DNA of 64,000 bases. Origin: an uncultured Bacteriovoracaceae bacterium. GTDB taxonomy: Bacteria > Bdellovibrionota > Bacteriovoracia > Bacteriovoracales > Bacteriovoracaceae. Made by a program: the position numbers and the translations under genes. Under the pieces are notes generated by a model that made no database searches, was not told where the DNA came from, and saw only the letters and a program-made list of their open reading frames with translations. Location of the stretch: contig CAXGUD010000001.1 of the NCBI GenBank assembly GCA_964012805.1, forward strand, positions 32,001-96,000, in the 5' to 3' direction. How positions within the stretch are numbered: position 1 is the first letter of the stretch; each line of letters begins with the position of its first letter. This document shows, one piece after another, positions 50,133 through 60,787 of the stretch.

Positions 50133-50331
50133 GTCTTTTTTAGCTTAATTAAAGAAAAGAGGTCAACTCTTACAAAGTTTAGCCTCCCTTATTGATGCGA
50201 GTTAAAAAACAGAAGAACAAAATAGGTCTACAAAAGTTTAAAAAATCAGATGGGCTTTCTTTCCAAAGCTAAAAAAAACAATTAGATTTAAGAGAAAATT
50301 TTCAGTTCCGCAAGAGGGGTAGCTTATCCAA

Positions 50332-51126
50332 ATGATAAACCTGGCGTCTGTGGACCCTAAAAGGCTCAAACATCTCTTGACCATTGGATTCATGGTTCAA
50401 TTTACTGCTTGGTTCTTAGAAGGTTGGATGTATGGCACTTCATATGGCAGATTTTTTCTTTTCCAAGGTTTAAAAGACCAAAACGGCATTTTTCTTGAAA
50501 GGATCCTCCTTTGCACGGCCCTACTGAGTTTTTTTGGACTCTTTTCTGAAAAAAAACCGCAATGGTCATGGCTTTTGTTTATTTACCCAAGCCTTGAGAT
50601 AATCAATGTATTTCTTATGGTTTCCGACTCCCAAAAGCCTGGAGTTGAGTTTTCTTTTCTAGCAAGCATGGGAAGAGTTGGTTTTCCCATCGCCCTTTAC
50701 TTCCTAATAAAATCCCAATTTTCTTTTACAAAGTTTATTGAGAATATTTTTGGAATATTCATAGGGCTCACCTTTATCGGCCATGGACTAAAGGCCCTCA
50801 TACAGGAGCCTGAATATCAAGACTACCTTTACTTCCTTTTTGGACTCCTACCAACTAATACCTTCCCGCCTTACAGTCTTATTACAAATTCCCTAAATAC
50901 CATTGGCGTCATTGATATCCTGCTTGGAATTATTATCATTTTAAAACCATGCCATAAAAAAATACTTCTTTATTTATGCCTTTGGGGCTTCTTAACTGCT
51001 ACCTTGAGACCTCTTTATAGTGGAAGTGATGGACTGCTTCCTTTTTTCCTACGGATCCCTCACTGGCTCATTCCACTTTCTTTACTCATTTGGAGTCATA
51101 ACCATAAACGAGGAACAAATTTATGA
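50332..51126 (+). CDS. Multi-pass membrane protein (DoxX-like C-terminal half), coupled to the phosphatase gene
   Basis: TFIGHG.KAL, G.IDILLG, WGFLTA..RP; ATGA overlap with the next gene. Confidence 0.7.
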   Translation: MINLASVDPKRLKHLLTIGFMVQFTAWFLEGWMYGTSYGRFFLFQGLKDQNGIFLERILLCTALLSFFGLFSEKKPQWSWLLFIYPSLEIINVFLMVSDSQKPGVEFSFLASMGRVGFPIALYFLIKSQFSFTKFIENIFGIFIGLTFIGHGLKALIQEPEYQDYLYFLFGLLPTNTFPPYSLITNSLNTIGVIDILLGIIIILKPCHKKILLYLCLWGFLTATLRPLYSGSDGLLPFFLRIPHWLIPLSLLIWSHNHKRGTNL

Positions 51127-52310
51127 AAAGAAAGTTATTTTTTTTCCTTATTTCTCTTTTCCTTTCTCTAAACATTCTTTCCAAAGAACACCACTTAAAG
51201 CATTTAAGAGTCATCTGGCACGAAGACCCTTCTAAACATGCCGTCATTGCTTGGTCCGGACAAAAAGCAGTGAGAGGTCAATTTCTAAAGCTCATCCGAC
51301 AAGAAAAAAGAGGCAACTCTACAATGAGTGTTTCCATAAAATCCCAAAAGGCCTTAGGGATCAAACCCTACCTCCACTCAGTTTCTTTAAATGACCTTCA
51401 GGCCAATTCCAAATACTCTTTTTCAGTTAATACTAATGGTTCTGAAAGCAAAACCTTCTATTTTATAACTCCTCCTGAGAAAGGAAAAACCTTCAAACTG
51501 CTTTTTGGTGGAGACTCCAGAACAGACCGTAATAAAAGAAGAGAAATAAACGCATCAATCAAAACTTACTTCTCTAACAATAAAGACGTCATGGCGCTTG
51601 TTCACGGTGGTGACTTCATATCAAACGGATACCTGTGGAAGCAATGGGATGCATGGCTTGAAGATTATCAACTAACTATCCAAAGTGACGGCCGCATACT
51701 CCCTATAGTTCCAACAAGAGGAAATCATGAAATGCGCTCGAACCTTTTTAACAAGATATTTTTTTGGAAAAAAAGCCTTTCGATGCGTTCCAACTACTTC
51801 GTAACAAGATTTGGTGAACTCTCTCTTTTTACATTAAACACAAACATATCCCATGGCGGCAGACAAAAATCTTGGCTAAACCGAGTTCTTGATGAAGAGT
51901 CAAAAAGACAAAAATGGCTTATCGCCAACTATCACAGGCCTGCCTACCCTGCCGTAAAAAAACCTGGAAGAGCAAAGAAGCACTGGGTTCCTCTTTTTGA
52001 AAAGTATGGAGTTGACCTTGTTTTTGAGTCAGATGGACACACTCTCAAAAGGACAGTCCCTATATTTCAAGGAAAAAGGGACGATAAAAAGGGAATTGTC
52101 TACCTTGGAGAAGGCGGTCTAGGAGTGAATTTAAGAACACCAAAAATGCAAAATAAGTGGTACTTTCAATCACCTGGTTATGCAAAAAGCGCTTATCATT
52201 TCTTTGCTCTAGATGTTGCGGGGGAAAGGCTCAAAGTCGATGTCATCTCTCCTAACAAACTAGAATTAATAGATAGCATACTATTTCTTCCGCGAGAAAA
52301 TAGAAAGTGA
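51123..52310 (+). CDS. Secreted purple acid phosphatase-like metallophosphoesterase with an FN3-like N-domain
   Basis: GDSR, HGGD, RGNHE, YHRP, ESDGH. Confidence 0.9.
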   Translation: MKRKLFFFLISLFLSLNILSKEHHLKHLRVIWHEDPSKHAVIAWSGQKAVRGQFLKLIRQEKRGNSTMSVSIKSQKALGIKPYLHSVSLNDLQANSKYSFSVNTNGSESKTFYFITPPEKGKTFKLLFGGDSRTDRNKRREINASIKTYFSNNKDVMALVHGGDFISNGYLWKQWDAWLEDYQLTIQSDGRILPIVPTRGNHEMRSNLFNKIFFWKKSLSMRSNYFVTRFGELSLFTLNTNISHGGRQKSWLNRVLDEESKRQKWLIANYHRPAYPAVKKPGRAKKHWVPLFEKYGVDLVFESDGHTLKRTVPIFQGKRDDKKGIVYLGEGGLGVNLRTPKMQNKWYFQSPGYAKSAYHFFALDVAGERLKVDVISPNKLELIDSILFLPRENRK

Positions 52311-52339
52311 TTAAATAATTATTTTTAATATTAATATGA

Positions 52340-52366
52340 CCAGGCCTAATTTTTATTTAGGCCTGG
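52340..52366 (+). terminator. Hairpin downstream of the phosphatase gene; probable terminator
   Basis: Perfect 10-bp stem ccaggcctaa-7nt-ttaggcctgg. Confidence 0.65.
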
Positions 52367-52406
52367 CTGCCCCTATTTTTTAAAAAGAAATTTAGCGGAT
52401 ATTTAT

Positions 52407-54176
52407 ATGAAACTCTTTAATGTACCAGAATATAAAAAAGAATACGATCATAGAATAAATGAAATGATGGTTGAAAGGGCAAAGGCAGTAACCCTGTATA
52501 TTTTTATTTCTTGTATCATTTTTCATTTTCACGCTATGTATAACTTATTGAGTTTATCTTTTTCATGGCCACCATATATTTTTCTTGCTTTCTCCTTTTT
52601 ACCCTTTATTTGCAATAAAGCCGGTTTAACCTTTTTTCTGAAATACCCTTTTTTAGATATTTTATGTAAATTTGTTTTTGTTTATATCTTTACAGACCAG
52701 TTACTCAGCACTAGTAAAGTAACAGCTCTATCAAAAATCTATATTATAAACCTAATTAAATTAACTCCATTCATGGTAACTTCTGCAATTTTTCCCCTTA
52801 AGAAATGGGAAATTTTTATTATGTCAGTTGCACAAATTTTGCTTTATACTATTTTTACGGAAAAGGCCGTCATTACATTCCAGTCTGATATCTTTTTCGT
52901 CCTTACATTTATATTCATTCTTTTTTTTATGGTTTTTATTATTAATTCTCATTTTAATCATAAACAAATCCTAAAAGAGTGCGTAAAAACTATAGAAAAA
53001 GAAAAACTATATATAAAGCTAACTAAAAGTGAAAAAAAGTTTAGAAAGCTTTTCGAGTCAAAGGCCTTGGCGAGCTGTATTGCAAATCAAAATGGGGTAA
53101 TACTTCAAATCAGTGAAACATGGTCTGAAATATTTGAGAAAAGCCAATTGGGGGAAGGATTTCACATAAACAATCTTTTCGAACATACCACTCCAAAAAT
53201 TGAGCTGTCGCAAATCATTTCAAATGAAAACCTTCAATTAGAAAAAGGTAAAAACTTTATCCCAAGTAAACTTCTCAAATCAAAGACTAATAAATATTTT
53301 ACGATTTACTGCTATTATGACACGGAACTTGAAATTATTTTTATCAATTGTAAAGAAAGCACCAAAGAGTACTTAAATAGTATCCGCTTGGTTCAACAAG
53401 AGAAATTTGCGCACCTTGGAAAGTCATCTTCAGGCCTTGCTCATGACATTTTTAACCCACTGTCTTCCCTTACTTTAAATTTAGAGCTTAGCTTGGAAAA
53501 TATAGAAGACACCCAGAAAAAAATAGAGACCTATAAAAGCTTAGTTAATAATCAAAACCTAATAGAAACCCGCGAACTTGTTCACAAAAGCTTGGAAAGT
53601 GCCGAGGCAATAAAAGTAATTGTTACCCGGTTTAAAATGTTTTCCCGAATGTTTAGTTCTTCAAGCTTAAGAAATGACCTCCATAATATAATTCAAACCG
53701 CCATGGACCTTTTCGACTTACCTTTGTCTGACAAAGTAGAATTTAAACTTTCAGGTCTTTTAAAAGGGCAATATTTTATTAAGGACGAGAAGAATAACTT
53801 TTTTCAGGTTTTCCTTAATATTTTTCAAAACTCCTATACATCTTACCTACAAAAAAACTCAGCAACGAAGGTGATAGCAATTAGAGTCGGTGTAAAGTCA
53901 GAAACCATGCTAATCATTCACATTGAAGACTTTGCTAATGGGATGGAGAAGGCTCATTTAAAAAATGTCTTTGATATTTCTTTTTCGACAAAAGATCCTG
54001 AAAAGCTTGGTGGCATGGGTCTCTTTTTGTGCAAAGATGCAATAGAGTCAAACAAGGGGTCGATAAAAATAAAGTCTACTCTAAAAGAAGGAACATTGGT
54101 GACAGTGGAGCTCCCATATTTCAAATCAAAACATAAAGAGCTAAAAAAAGAGTATTCCGTCCATCAGCTGACTTAA
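52407..54176 (+). CDS. Membrane sensor histidine kinase with a PAS-like linker
   Basis: About 6 TM, AHDIFNPL H-box, NIFQNS, DFANGM, FSTK, GMGL. Confidence 0.88.
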   Translation: MKLFNVPEYKKEYDHRINEMMVERAKAVTLYIFISCIIFHFHAMYNLLSLSFSWPPYIFLAFSFLPFICNKAGLTFFLKYPFLDILCKFVFVYIFTDQLLSTSKVTALSKIYIINLIKLTPFMVTSAIFPLKKWEIFIMSVAQILLYTIFTEKAVITFQSDIFFVLTFIFILFFMVFIINSHFNHKQILKECVKTIEKEKLYIKLTKSEKKFRKLFESKALASCIANQNGVILQISETWSEIFEKSQLGEGFHINNLFEHTTPKIELSQIISNENLQLEKGKNFIPSKLLKSKTNKYFTIYCYYDTELEIIFINCKESTKEYLNSIRLVQQEKFAHLGKSSSGLAHDIFNPLSSLTLNLELSLENIEDTQKKIETYKSLVNNQNLIETRELVHKSLESAEAIKVIVTRFKMFSRMFSSSSLRNDLHNIIQTAMDLFDLPLSDKVEFKLSGLLKGQYFIKDEKNNFFQVFLNIFQNSYTSYLQKNSATKVIAIRVGVKSETMLIIHIEDFANGMEKAHLKNVFDISFSTKDPEKLGGMGLFLCKDAIESNKGSIKIKSTLKEGTLVTVELPYFKSKHKELKKEYSVHQLT

Positions 54177-54204
54177 GAAAAGGAGCATTAAAAATTCTTC
54201 TAGT

Positions 54205-54897
54205 TTAGTTAACCCTCTCTTCCAAAATCATACCAAGACCAAATTTAGTCTTTATCTCATAATCCCAAGTCTGGATTTTCTTCCTTAAATTTATAAGGTG
54301 TACATCGAAAAGCTTAGTGTGATCTTGATCACTCCCCCAGATCAGTCCTATAAGATCATTTTTGGAAATTAACTCTCCAGGAGATTTTAAGAATTCAAAT
54401 AAGATTTGATGTTCTTTTTTAGTTAAGTGAATATCCTCTTCTCCGATTGAGACGCTAAAAGATTTTTTATTATAATCAAGGTTCCCAATATTGAATTGGT
54501 CAGCTTCCTCATAAGATACGACAGCAGCACCTGAACGCCTACATACTGCATTTATTCGAGCAATTAGTTCGCCCTTATTAAAAGGCTTGCAAACAAAATC
54601 ATCCGCTCCAAGCTCAAGGCCTTGTATTTTGTCTTCATAATCCCAAAGTGCAGAAATAATAATAATAGGAATATCCTTCGTCTTAGGACTATCCCTCAGT
54701 TCTTTACAGTAATTGAATCCATTTTTACCGTTACCTAAGCAAATATCTAAAAGTATAAGACCAAAATCCTGCACACTGATATGGTCGTTGGCCTCATTCC
54801 AATCTTTGGCAATAAAGGGTTCCATTCCAACGCTAAGGAGAACCTTCTTAAGACTGTAAGCAACTGTTTTATCATCATCAATAACAAGCACTTTCAT
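54205..54897 (-). CDS. OmpR/PhoB family response regulator
   Basis: VIDDD, LLDI, GADDFVCKPF, LTKKE, DVHLINLRKK. Confidence 0.93.
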   Translation of the reverse strand: MKVLVIDDDKTVAYSLKKVLLSVGMEPFIAKDWNEANDHISVQDFGLILLDICLGNGKNGFNYCKELRDSPKTKDIPIIIISALWDYEDKIQGLELGADDFVCKPFNKGELIARINAVCRRSGAAVVSYEEADQFNIGNLDYNKKSFSVSIGEEDIHLTKKEHQILFEFLKSPGELISKNDLIGLIWGSDQDHTKLFDVHLINLRKKIQTWDYEIKTKFGLGMILEERVN

Positions 54898-55020
54898 TAT
54901 GATACCTCATCGTAAAGAATAGTAGGGGCTGTTACGCACCTAACAATGAACTAAAATAACTTTTTATTTACAACAATGCTAGCAAAGTTCGATTAAAGCA
55001 TCAAGCTAGGAAGAATTAAA

Positions 55021-55731
55021 TTAAAAACTTGCCGATAAGTGAAGTGAATTGAACCCAGCAAAGACTTTAACATCGTTAAAAAAAGATTGACTCTTATCGG
55101 TAATTTTAAATCTTTGCTTATAATTTGGATAATCTTTTAAAATTCTTTTAGGTACCGTTCTGATCATTAATTCAGAGACAACCATACCAATAGTAAAGTT
55201 AACCAAAGCATCCTTTGACCTTTCCCCATCATTGTAAATCAAAAGGGCAGCAAGACCATTAACTCCAAATGCTGAAATCCTTCTAATCCAAGACAACTCA
55301 CCTCGAACTCTCTTATAAGTATTCGTGAAAAGTTTTTCAGCTAAATCCAATTTGCTTTTATCATCTTTCATATCTTTTAATTGTCCATAAGCCCTATCAC
55401 CAATAATAGGTCTGAACCATAGGCCTAAAGAGCCAATCGTTGCCTTACCAAAATCAACAAGTGCATCAAACTTTTTATGTTTTTCTTCTTCAGTCAAGGG
55501 GTCTTTATAACCTAGATGAGTGGCCAGTTTGAAAACAGCACCACCTGTATAAAGACCAAAATAGCCCCACTGCCAATATTTCGAATGCTTCTCTCCTTTT
55601 TTAAAGGAGTCCTCAATAAAGCGAAGGCGTTCTAACTCTTCCTTATTCAATTCTCTTCCCTGTATAAAGGTTGAAAACAAAAAAGAACTGGAGACAAATA
55701 TTATTTTAAAAAAACAAAAAAAATGCTTCAT
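55021..55731 (-). CDS. Unknown envelope protein, paralogue of 29938..30654
   Basis: Signal peptide; shared motifs; ends SLHLSASF. Confidence 0.75.
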   Translation of the reverse strand: MKHFFCFFKIIFVSSSFLFSTFIQGRELNKEELERLRFIEDSFKKGEKHSKYWQWGYFGLYTGGAVFKLATHLGYKDPLTEEEKHKKFDALVDFGKATIGSLGLWFRPIIGDRAYGQLKDMKDDKSKLDLAEKLFTNTYKRVRGELSWIRRISAFGVNGLAALLIYNDGERSKDALVNFTIGMVVSELMIRTVPKRILKDYPNYKQRFKITDKSQSFFNDVKVFAGFNSLHLSASF

Positions 55732-55749
55732 CTGATTGATTCCTTTAAT

Positions 55750-56247
55750 TTAATTTAAGGTCCTCTTAGGGCCTAAACCTTTAATCTTTTTTACAGAAAG
55801 TGTTTTACTTACTATAGCAACGGTGATCCCCTTTTCGCAAATAATTGGAATATCGAAAGTCCATTCTATAGGTTTTTCATTCGCGTCTAATTTCTCTATT
55901 ATTTTTTCTATTTCGTTTTCAGTGAGCTTGAAACGGGCACTAACTTTTCCCTTTGCCGCCTTTAGATAACGAATTGAGGCAGCTTTATCGATAACAGAAT
56001 GTCCTTTGCCTAGGACTTCTAATAGCATGATCATATAAAAAGGATCTGTCATTACGTAAAGAGATCCCCCGAAATGCCTACTCACGAAACTTGTGTTCCA
56101 AAAACGCTGCTTCATAGTGACAAGAACTTCTGTCAAATCAGGCTTTAACACCTTAACTCTGATACCTGCCCCAAATATGGGTGGCCAAAAATTGATGGCC
56201 CAAAGTAGGTGTCTTTTTTTAAGATATGTTAAGGGATTTTTGATCAT
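55750..56247 (-). CDS. DUF4442 / hotdog-fold thioesterase
   Basis: NFWPPIFGAGIRV, HFGGSLY..TDPFYM, DKAASIRY. Confidence 0.88.
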   Translation of the reverse strand: MIKNPLTYLKKRHLLWAINFWPPIFGAGIRVKVLKPDLTEVLVTMKQRFWNTSFVSRHFGGSLYVMTDPFYMIMLLEVLGKGHSVIDKAASIRYLKAAKGKVSARFKLTENEIEKIIEKLDANEKPIEWTFDIPIICEKGITVAIVSKTLSVKKIKGLGPKRTLN

Positions 56248-57088
56248 AATAGGAATTCTCTGAATTTTCTTTTCTCACTTTATTATAGTTTTTTCTATTT
56301 TCAATAACTTTGTCATAAAAGGCTTCATAGTCGGGGTGCATAGTTCCCATAATCCGATCCCAAACATTTAAAAATAATCCGAAGTTATAGCGACTGTCCC
56401 TGTGATGAAGGTAGTGAAAAGTAGCAGAGCTCCCCAAGTTTAAAAGAGGAGTCCGAGGGTAATTACTTTGAAAAAACTCATAACCTGAATGCCCTATTAC
56501 ATTTAAAGCGAAGGTTATAACGAGAAAAGCTGCTATTGAATAAGGGTGAAGAGGTATCAAAAGAAGAAGCAAAGGTCTGCTCAAAATTTCCAAAAACCCC
56601 TCAAAAGGGTGAACTGAAAAAGCACTCCACGGAGAAACATTTTTAAAAAGGTGATGCACGTAATGATAACTTTTTTTTGAGTATCTTGGATGATGCATAA
56701 AATAGTGAATCCAATAAAAATAAGTATCCAAAAGAACAAGAGTTATCGGTACAATAAGGATGGCATACCAAACACCATATTCATTTAAGTCATGGTAAAC
56801 TTTAAGGTGGCCTTCTTTATAAAGATAGAAAGTACCAATTCCTATTAAACCGAAATTTACTTTGTTTAGAAGTGCCCACTTAGACTCCTGAAGGATGGTT
56901 TCCTTTTCTGGGAACTCCTGGTTAATCTTGAACCTTTTTAGTCGGTTTTTTAAAAATTTATAAACAACCAGGTAATAAACACCTACCATAGAAATGTAGC
57001 GAAAACAGGCAATTAAAATAAAAACGAGACCCAGTAAGAAGAGATAAAATAAGTCTATTTGCACGGCCACGTCCTTGTAAACAAGCAA
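56219..57088 (-). CDS. Sterol desaturase / fatty acid hydroxylase family di-iron membrane enzyme
   Basis: His boxes YWIHYFMHH, HYVHH, GHSG, HYLHH; YNFG...WDR..GT. Confidence 0.92.
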   Translation of the reverse strand: MLVYKDVAVQIDLFYLFLLGLVFILIACFRYISMVGVYYLVVYKFLKNRLKRFKINQEFPEKETILQESKWALLNKVNFGLIGIGTFYLYKEGHLKVYHDLNEYGVWYAILIVPITLVLLDTYFYWIHYFMHHPRYSKKSYHYVHHLFKNVSPWSAFSVHPFEGFLEILSRPLLLLLIPLHPYSIAAFLVITFALNVIGHSGYEFFQSNYPRTPLLNLGSSATFHYLHHRDSRYNFGLFLNVWDRIMGTMHPDYEAFYDKVIENRKNYNKVRKENSENSYYDQKSLNIS

Positions 57089-57169
57089 AAATTAATATTT
57101 TAATTTAAAATACATCTTAGAAAGTATTTTTACAACGTGTTTATAGGCCAATTAAAATTGTCTAAGTTT

Positions 57170-59284
57170 ATGAAAAAAGTGAGCTTCCTATTAATGAATA
57201 TCATTTTCCTAATCGGTTCCTCCTATTTTATAAAAAACAAGTTCAGTCCTTTCAACCTCCTTGATTCAATTTCCAAAAATCATCCTGTTTATAAAAACTT
57301 TTTGGAATTTCAAAGAAAATATGGACATGAAAATAAGCTCTTTATAGGTTTAAGTTTTGAAAAAAGGTTTGTAGACGAACCAAAATACTTACAATTTATT
57401 CATAACTTAACGAAGGATATAAATAGAAATTTTCCTGAATTAAAAGCTAAATCTATTACCAACCAAGGTTTTTTTACTTTAATCAAAAACAAATTTAAAA
57501 CCCACTTTTACTTTGATGAAAAAAAAAATGTACTTGAAATACCTAGCTCAGTTAAGCTATCTCCTTTTTTCAAAAATTCTTTCTGGAACGGTTCGGAGAA
57601 GGTCACATGGATTACCCTCGATTTAAATAAGGTCAGACCTAAGGAACTAAAAAGGCTTATCACTTTTTTAAAAGAATTCAAAAAACCAAAGAACACTGAC
57701 TATCATCTATTTGGTCATAGTTACTTCCAGCATGTTGTCAGAGAAGAAAGCATAAAAGGACAATTAACCGCAATCCCCCTTTTTACTCTCATTACTTTTT
57801 TATTTTTTAAAATTTATTTTTCTTCTTACAAAGTTTCCTTAATAAGCCTTTACATAATCTTTCTTAGCTACCTTATAACACTTATATTCATTATTTATTG
57901 GGAAGGAACGTTGAGTCCTTTTGGAGGATTGGCCCTCTTAATTAGCTTTATGATGTCCTTATCTGATCTAATCCACTATTTTTATTTCTTGCAAAAAAAT
58001 GGAAAACACCAGGTATTAAGGCCTTGCTTTTTTACTTCCATTACCACTACAATTGGACTCTTTTCTCTCTGCTTAAGTGATATAAAACCCGTTTTTAATT
58101 TTGGGCTGTATGGTGGTTTTGCCGTCATGGTTAGCTTTTTTGCGACTTTCTACATCCTACCAATATTAAACAAAACTTTTAATATTGCATTGCCTCTTCA
58201 AGGTAACAAATTGCCAAAAAAAAATAGATTAAGCCATTTCGGAGAAAAAATTTTTGAAGCTGTTACAAATTACAAGAGAATTTTTGTTACTACTTTTTTT
58301 CTTATTATTGCATTATCTTTTTTCTTCATCCAAAAAGTAACTTTCAAAGAAAACTTTTTAAAACAACTCAAGGAGGGCCATGCTTTTTCTAAAAGTGCTA
58401 GTTTTTTCAAGAATAATTTTAACTTTGCTGGTCAGGTCGACCTGATCCTTGTTCAAAAAAGAGAATTTTTTCTGAAGGCGGAGATAGACGAATGGGAGGT
58501 ATCTCTTAAAGAAAAACTCCTCCGATATCCTTTAATTTCAAAAGTTCAGGGTCTTACGACTTTGAAGGAAGATCTGAAGAAACGCTCCCAATTAACATTA
58601 GATCATTTAAAAATACTGGATCAATTGTCCTTACTAGAAAGATTCCTGCCTTCTTCAAGCGATGAATCTAGAATTATTTTAAATATAAAAAGTCAAGATT
58701 CAGATGATTTGTACAAGCTCTTCCGATTTATTGAGAGCTCACTAAAAAACCCATATTTTGAAATTAAAATAGATGGCTACTCCAAAGTTCGATACACGAT
58801 AATGAAGTTTCTTTTCTCAACTTTTTATGGAAGCTTCTTTCTATCCTTTATAGGAATTTTCTTGGCCTTTCTCGTTCTTTTTAAATCATTTAAATTGGCC
58901 CTCATGGGAATGATTCCCAATATTTTACCGGTTTTAATTGTTTCAGGTCTTCAAGGAGCCCTGAATATTGGAATCAATTTTTATTTGGTAATACTAAATT
59001 GTTTGATTTTAGGAATCAGTGTTGATGATACTATTCACTTTCTCTACCATTTCACTCAAGAAAAAAAAGACCTTAAAAAGGTTCTATCCTCAATCACCCC
59101 TCCTCTTTTCCTTACAACATTTGTTCTTTGCCTTTTATTTCCTCTTTTGTCTCTCAGTGCTTTTGTAAGCTTTGGGCAAGTTGCTTTGTTTTTATGCGTA
59201 GCCTTTATTGTTGCTCTTTTAAGTGATCTAATTTTCCTCCCCTCAATAATTCTCTCTCTTGTGAAAAGAAAATCATCCCTCTAG
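57170..59284 (+). CDS. MMPL/RND family exporter
   Basis: SLSDLIHY, TSITTTIG, GISVDDTIHF; likely start ATG 57170 (track start 57137). Confidence 0.87.
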   Translation: MKKVSFLLMNIIFLIGSSYFIKNKFSPFNLLDSISKNHPVYKNFLEFQRKYGHENKLFIGLSFEKRFVDEPKYLQFIHNLTKDINRNFPELKAKSITNQGFFTLIKNKFKTHFYFDEKKNVLEIPSSVKLSPFFKNSFWNGSEKVTWITLDLNKVRPKELKRLITFLKEFKKPKNTDYHLFGHSYFQHVVREESIKGQLTAIPLFTLITFLFFKIYFSSYKVSLISLYIIFLSYLITLIFIIYWEGTLSPFGGLALLISFMMSLSDLIHYFYFLQKNGKHQVLRPCFFTSITTTIGLFSLCLSDIKPVFNFGLYGGFAVMVSFFATFYILPILNKTFNIALPLQGNKLPKKNRLSHFGEKIFEAVTNYKRIFVTTFFLIIALSFFFIQKVTFKENFLKQLKEGHAFSKSASFFKNNFNFAGQVDLILVQKREFFLKAEIDEWEVSLKEKLLRYPLISKVQGLTTLKEDLKKRSQLTLDHLKILDQLSLLERFLPSSSDESRIILNIKSQDSDDLYKLFRFIESSLKNPYFEIKIDGYSKVRYTIMKFLFSTFYGSFFLSFIGIFLAFLVLFKSFKLALMGMIPNILPVLIVSGLQGALNIGINFYLVILNCLILGISVDDTIHFLYHFTQEKKDLKKVLSSITPPLFLTTFVLCLLFPLLSLSAFVSFGQVALFLCVAFIVALLSDLIFLPSIILSLVKRKSSL

Positions 59285-59338
59285 AATAAAAAGGACCATT
59301 TTTTATTACTTTTTTTAAAGTTTCCCGAGGCACAATTT

Positions 59339-60787
59339 ATGAAAATCACCCTTACTTTATTTTTAATTTTTAACCTAACAACACCTCTTTTTGCCGCTTC
59401 AAAAGAGTCTGTAGAAAAAACTCCTCAGAAAAAAGAAATAAAAAGAAAAATTTCTTCTTTTGAAAAAAGCCCTTATACAGAAAAAGTTTTAAGTTTTAAT
59501 AACTCAAAAAATGTATCCTCATTTTTATCTGAACTTAAAAACAAGCAGGACAACAATATCACAACAGACTTCGAAACCAGGACTTTAAAGGCCCTAAGTC
59601 TTCCTCTTACTCATTTGAGAGGTATTTACTGGAGGCTAAACAAAATTATTTCCAAGGTAAAGGTATTCGATAACTCCGTTGATTCTTTTTTACACAAGTA
59701 CTATTCGAACTTTGATATTAGACCATCTCATATCCCTCCACTTTGGCAGTACATTACGGAACCACTTCCTTCAAAAGGGCAGTTTAAAAAAGCATCTGAC
59801 ATTCAAAAGTTCACTTTAAAAACCCTCATCCCGTCCATTGATCAAGCTATTTTAAGACTTAAAAAGATAGAAGAAGAAAATATTCAGCAACAAAATGAAG
59901 ATTTGGCGCTCTTTAACCTAGACCTTGCTCTCATATACGGAGAAAACAGAGTTCAAAACCTCATAAATAAAAAAACCAGATATTTAAACGTTTATACCAG
60001 TGACTTAATTCTTGTAAAGGCCTGGCTACAAGATTTAAAAGGCTCCCTTTTATATCTTGCTAGCTATAATTTCAATGGCTTTCATAAAATGGTCAATGTC
60101 TTTAGAGGTCATATTGTTCTTGGGGATGCTGTAAAACTCTTTTCCAACTTAAGGCTCAAAAAAAATAGATTAACTAATTACCAGGCCTTAAGCGAAAGTA
60201 AAATTTTTATGCTTAAAAAGCTCTTAACCAGAAAACGTTACAAAAAACTTTTCTCTATGAAAAAATCAAATTACAAAGGGTCCCACACTCTTGTAAGATC
60301 AAAAGAAGCTTTTTTAGATGCTGTCGAATCAAAAATGAAGGCCATAAAAATAAGTAATAAAAATATTTTAAATAATGAATTAAATAGATCAAGGAGATTT
60401 GGAATCGAGTCTGGGAATGATTTTTTCAAACTCTCACTTAAGCATTTGCAGCTAAAAAGAGATTTGCTCAAAGGACCTACAGTAGTTCACGACAGGCTTT
60501 TTACAGAGAAAGTCAAAGTCAATGTTAATGCCCTTTTTGATCCAAACAATAGATCAATAAAAGATTTAAAAAACCTTTTACCTAGACCTAATCAATTTCA
60601 AACAAAGCCTGACCGCTTTAAAAAGAACCACCCTATACGAACTCAAACGGGACTTCCCTACTTGAACTTGGGAGGACTTCTCCCGGATGTAGAAAATTTT
60701 AAAGACCTTAAAAGAAAGAAATTCCTTCTCATTCAAAGGGCAGGAGTTGGATTTCCCCTAGGGACGTGGCTCACAGTCCTTATCTAA
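59339..60787 (+). CDS. Secreted basic hypothetical protein
   Basis: Signal peptide, 482-aa ORF; 3' end overlaps the convergent gene by 30 bp. Confidence 0.75.
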   Translation: MKITLTLFLIFNLTTPLFAASKESVEKTPQKKEIKRKISSFEKSPYTEKVLSFNNSKNVSSFLSELKNKQDNNITTDFETRTLKALSLPLTHLRGIYWRLNKIISKVKVFDNSVDSFLHKYYSNFDIRPSHIPPLWQYITEPLPSKGQFKKASDIQKFTLKTLIPSIDQAILRLKKIEEENIQQQNEDLALFNLDLALIYGENRVQNLINKKTRYLNVYTSDLILVKAWLQDLKGSLLYLASYNFNGFHKMVNVFRGHIVLGDAVKLFSNLRLKKNRLTNYQALSESKIFMLKKLLTRKRYKKLFSMKKSNYKGSHTLVRSKEAFLDAVESKMKAIKISNKNILNNELNRSRRFGIESGNDFFKLSLKHLQLKRDLLKGPTVVHDRLFTEKVKVNVNALFDPNNRSIKDLKNLLPRPNQFQTKPDRFKKNHPIRTQTGLPYLNLGGLLPDVENFKDLKRKKFLLIQRAGVGFPLGTWLTVLI

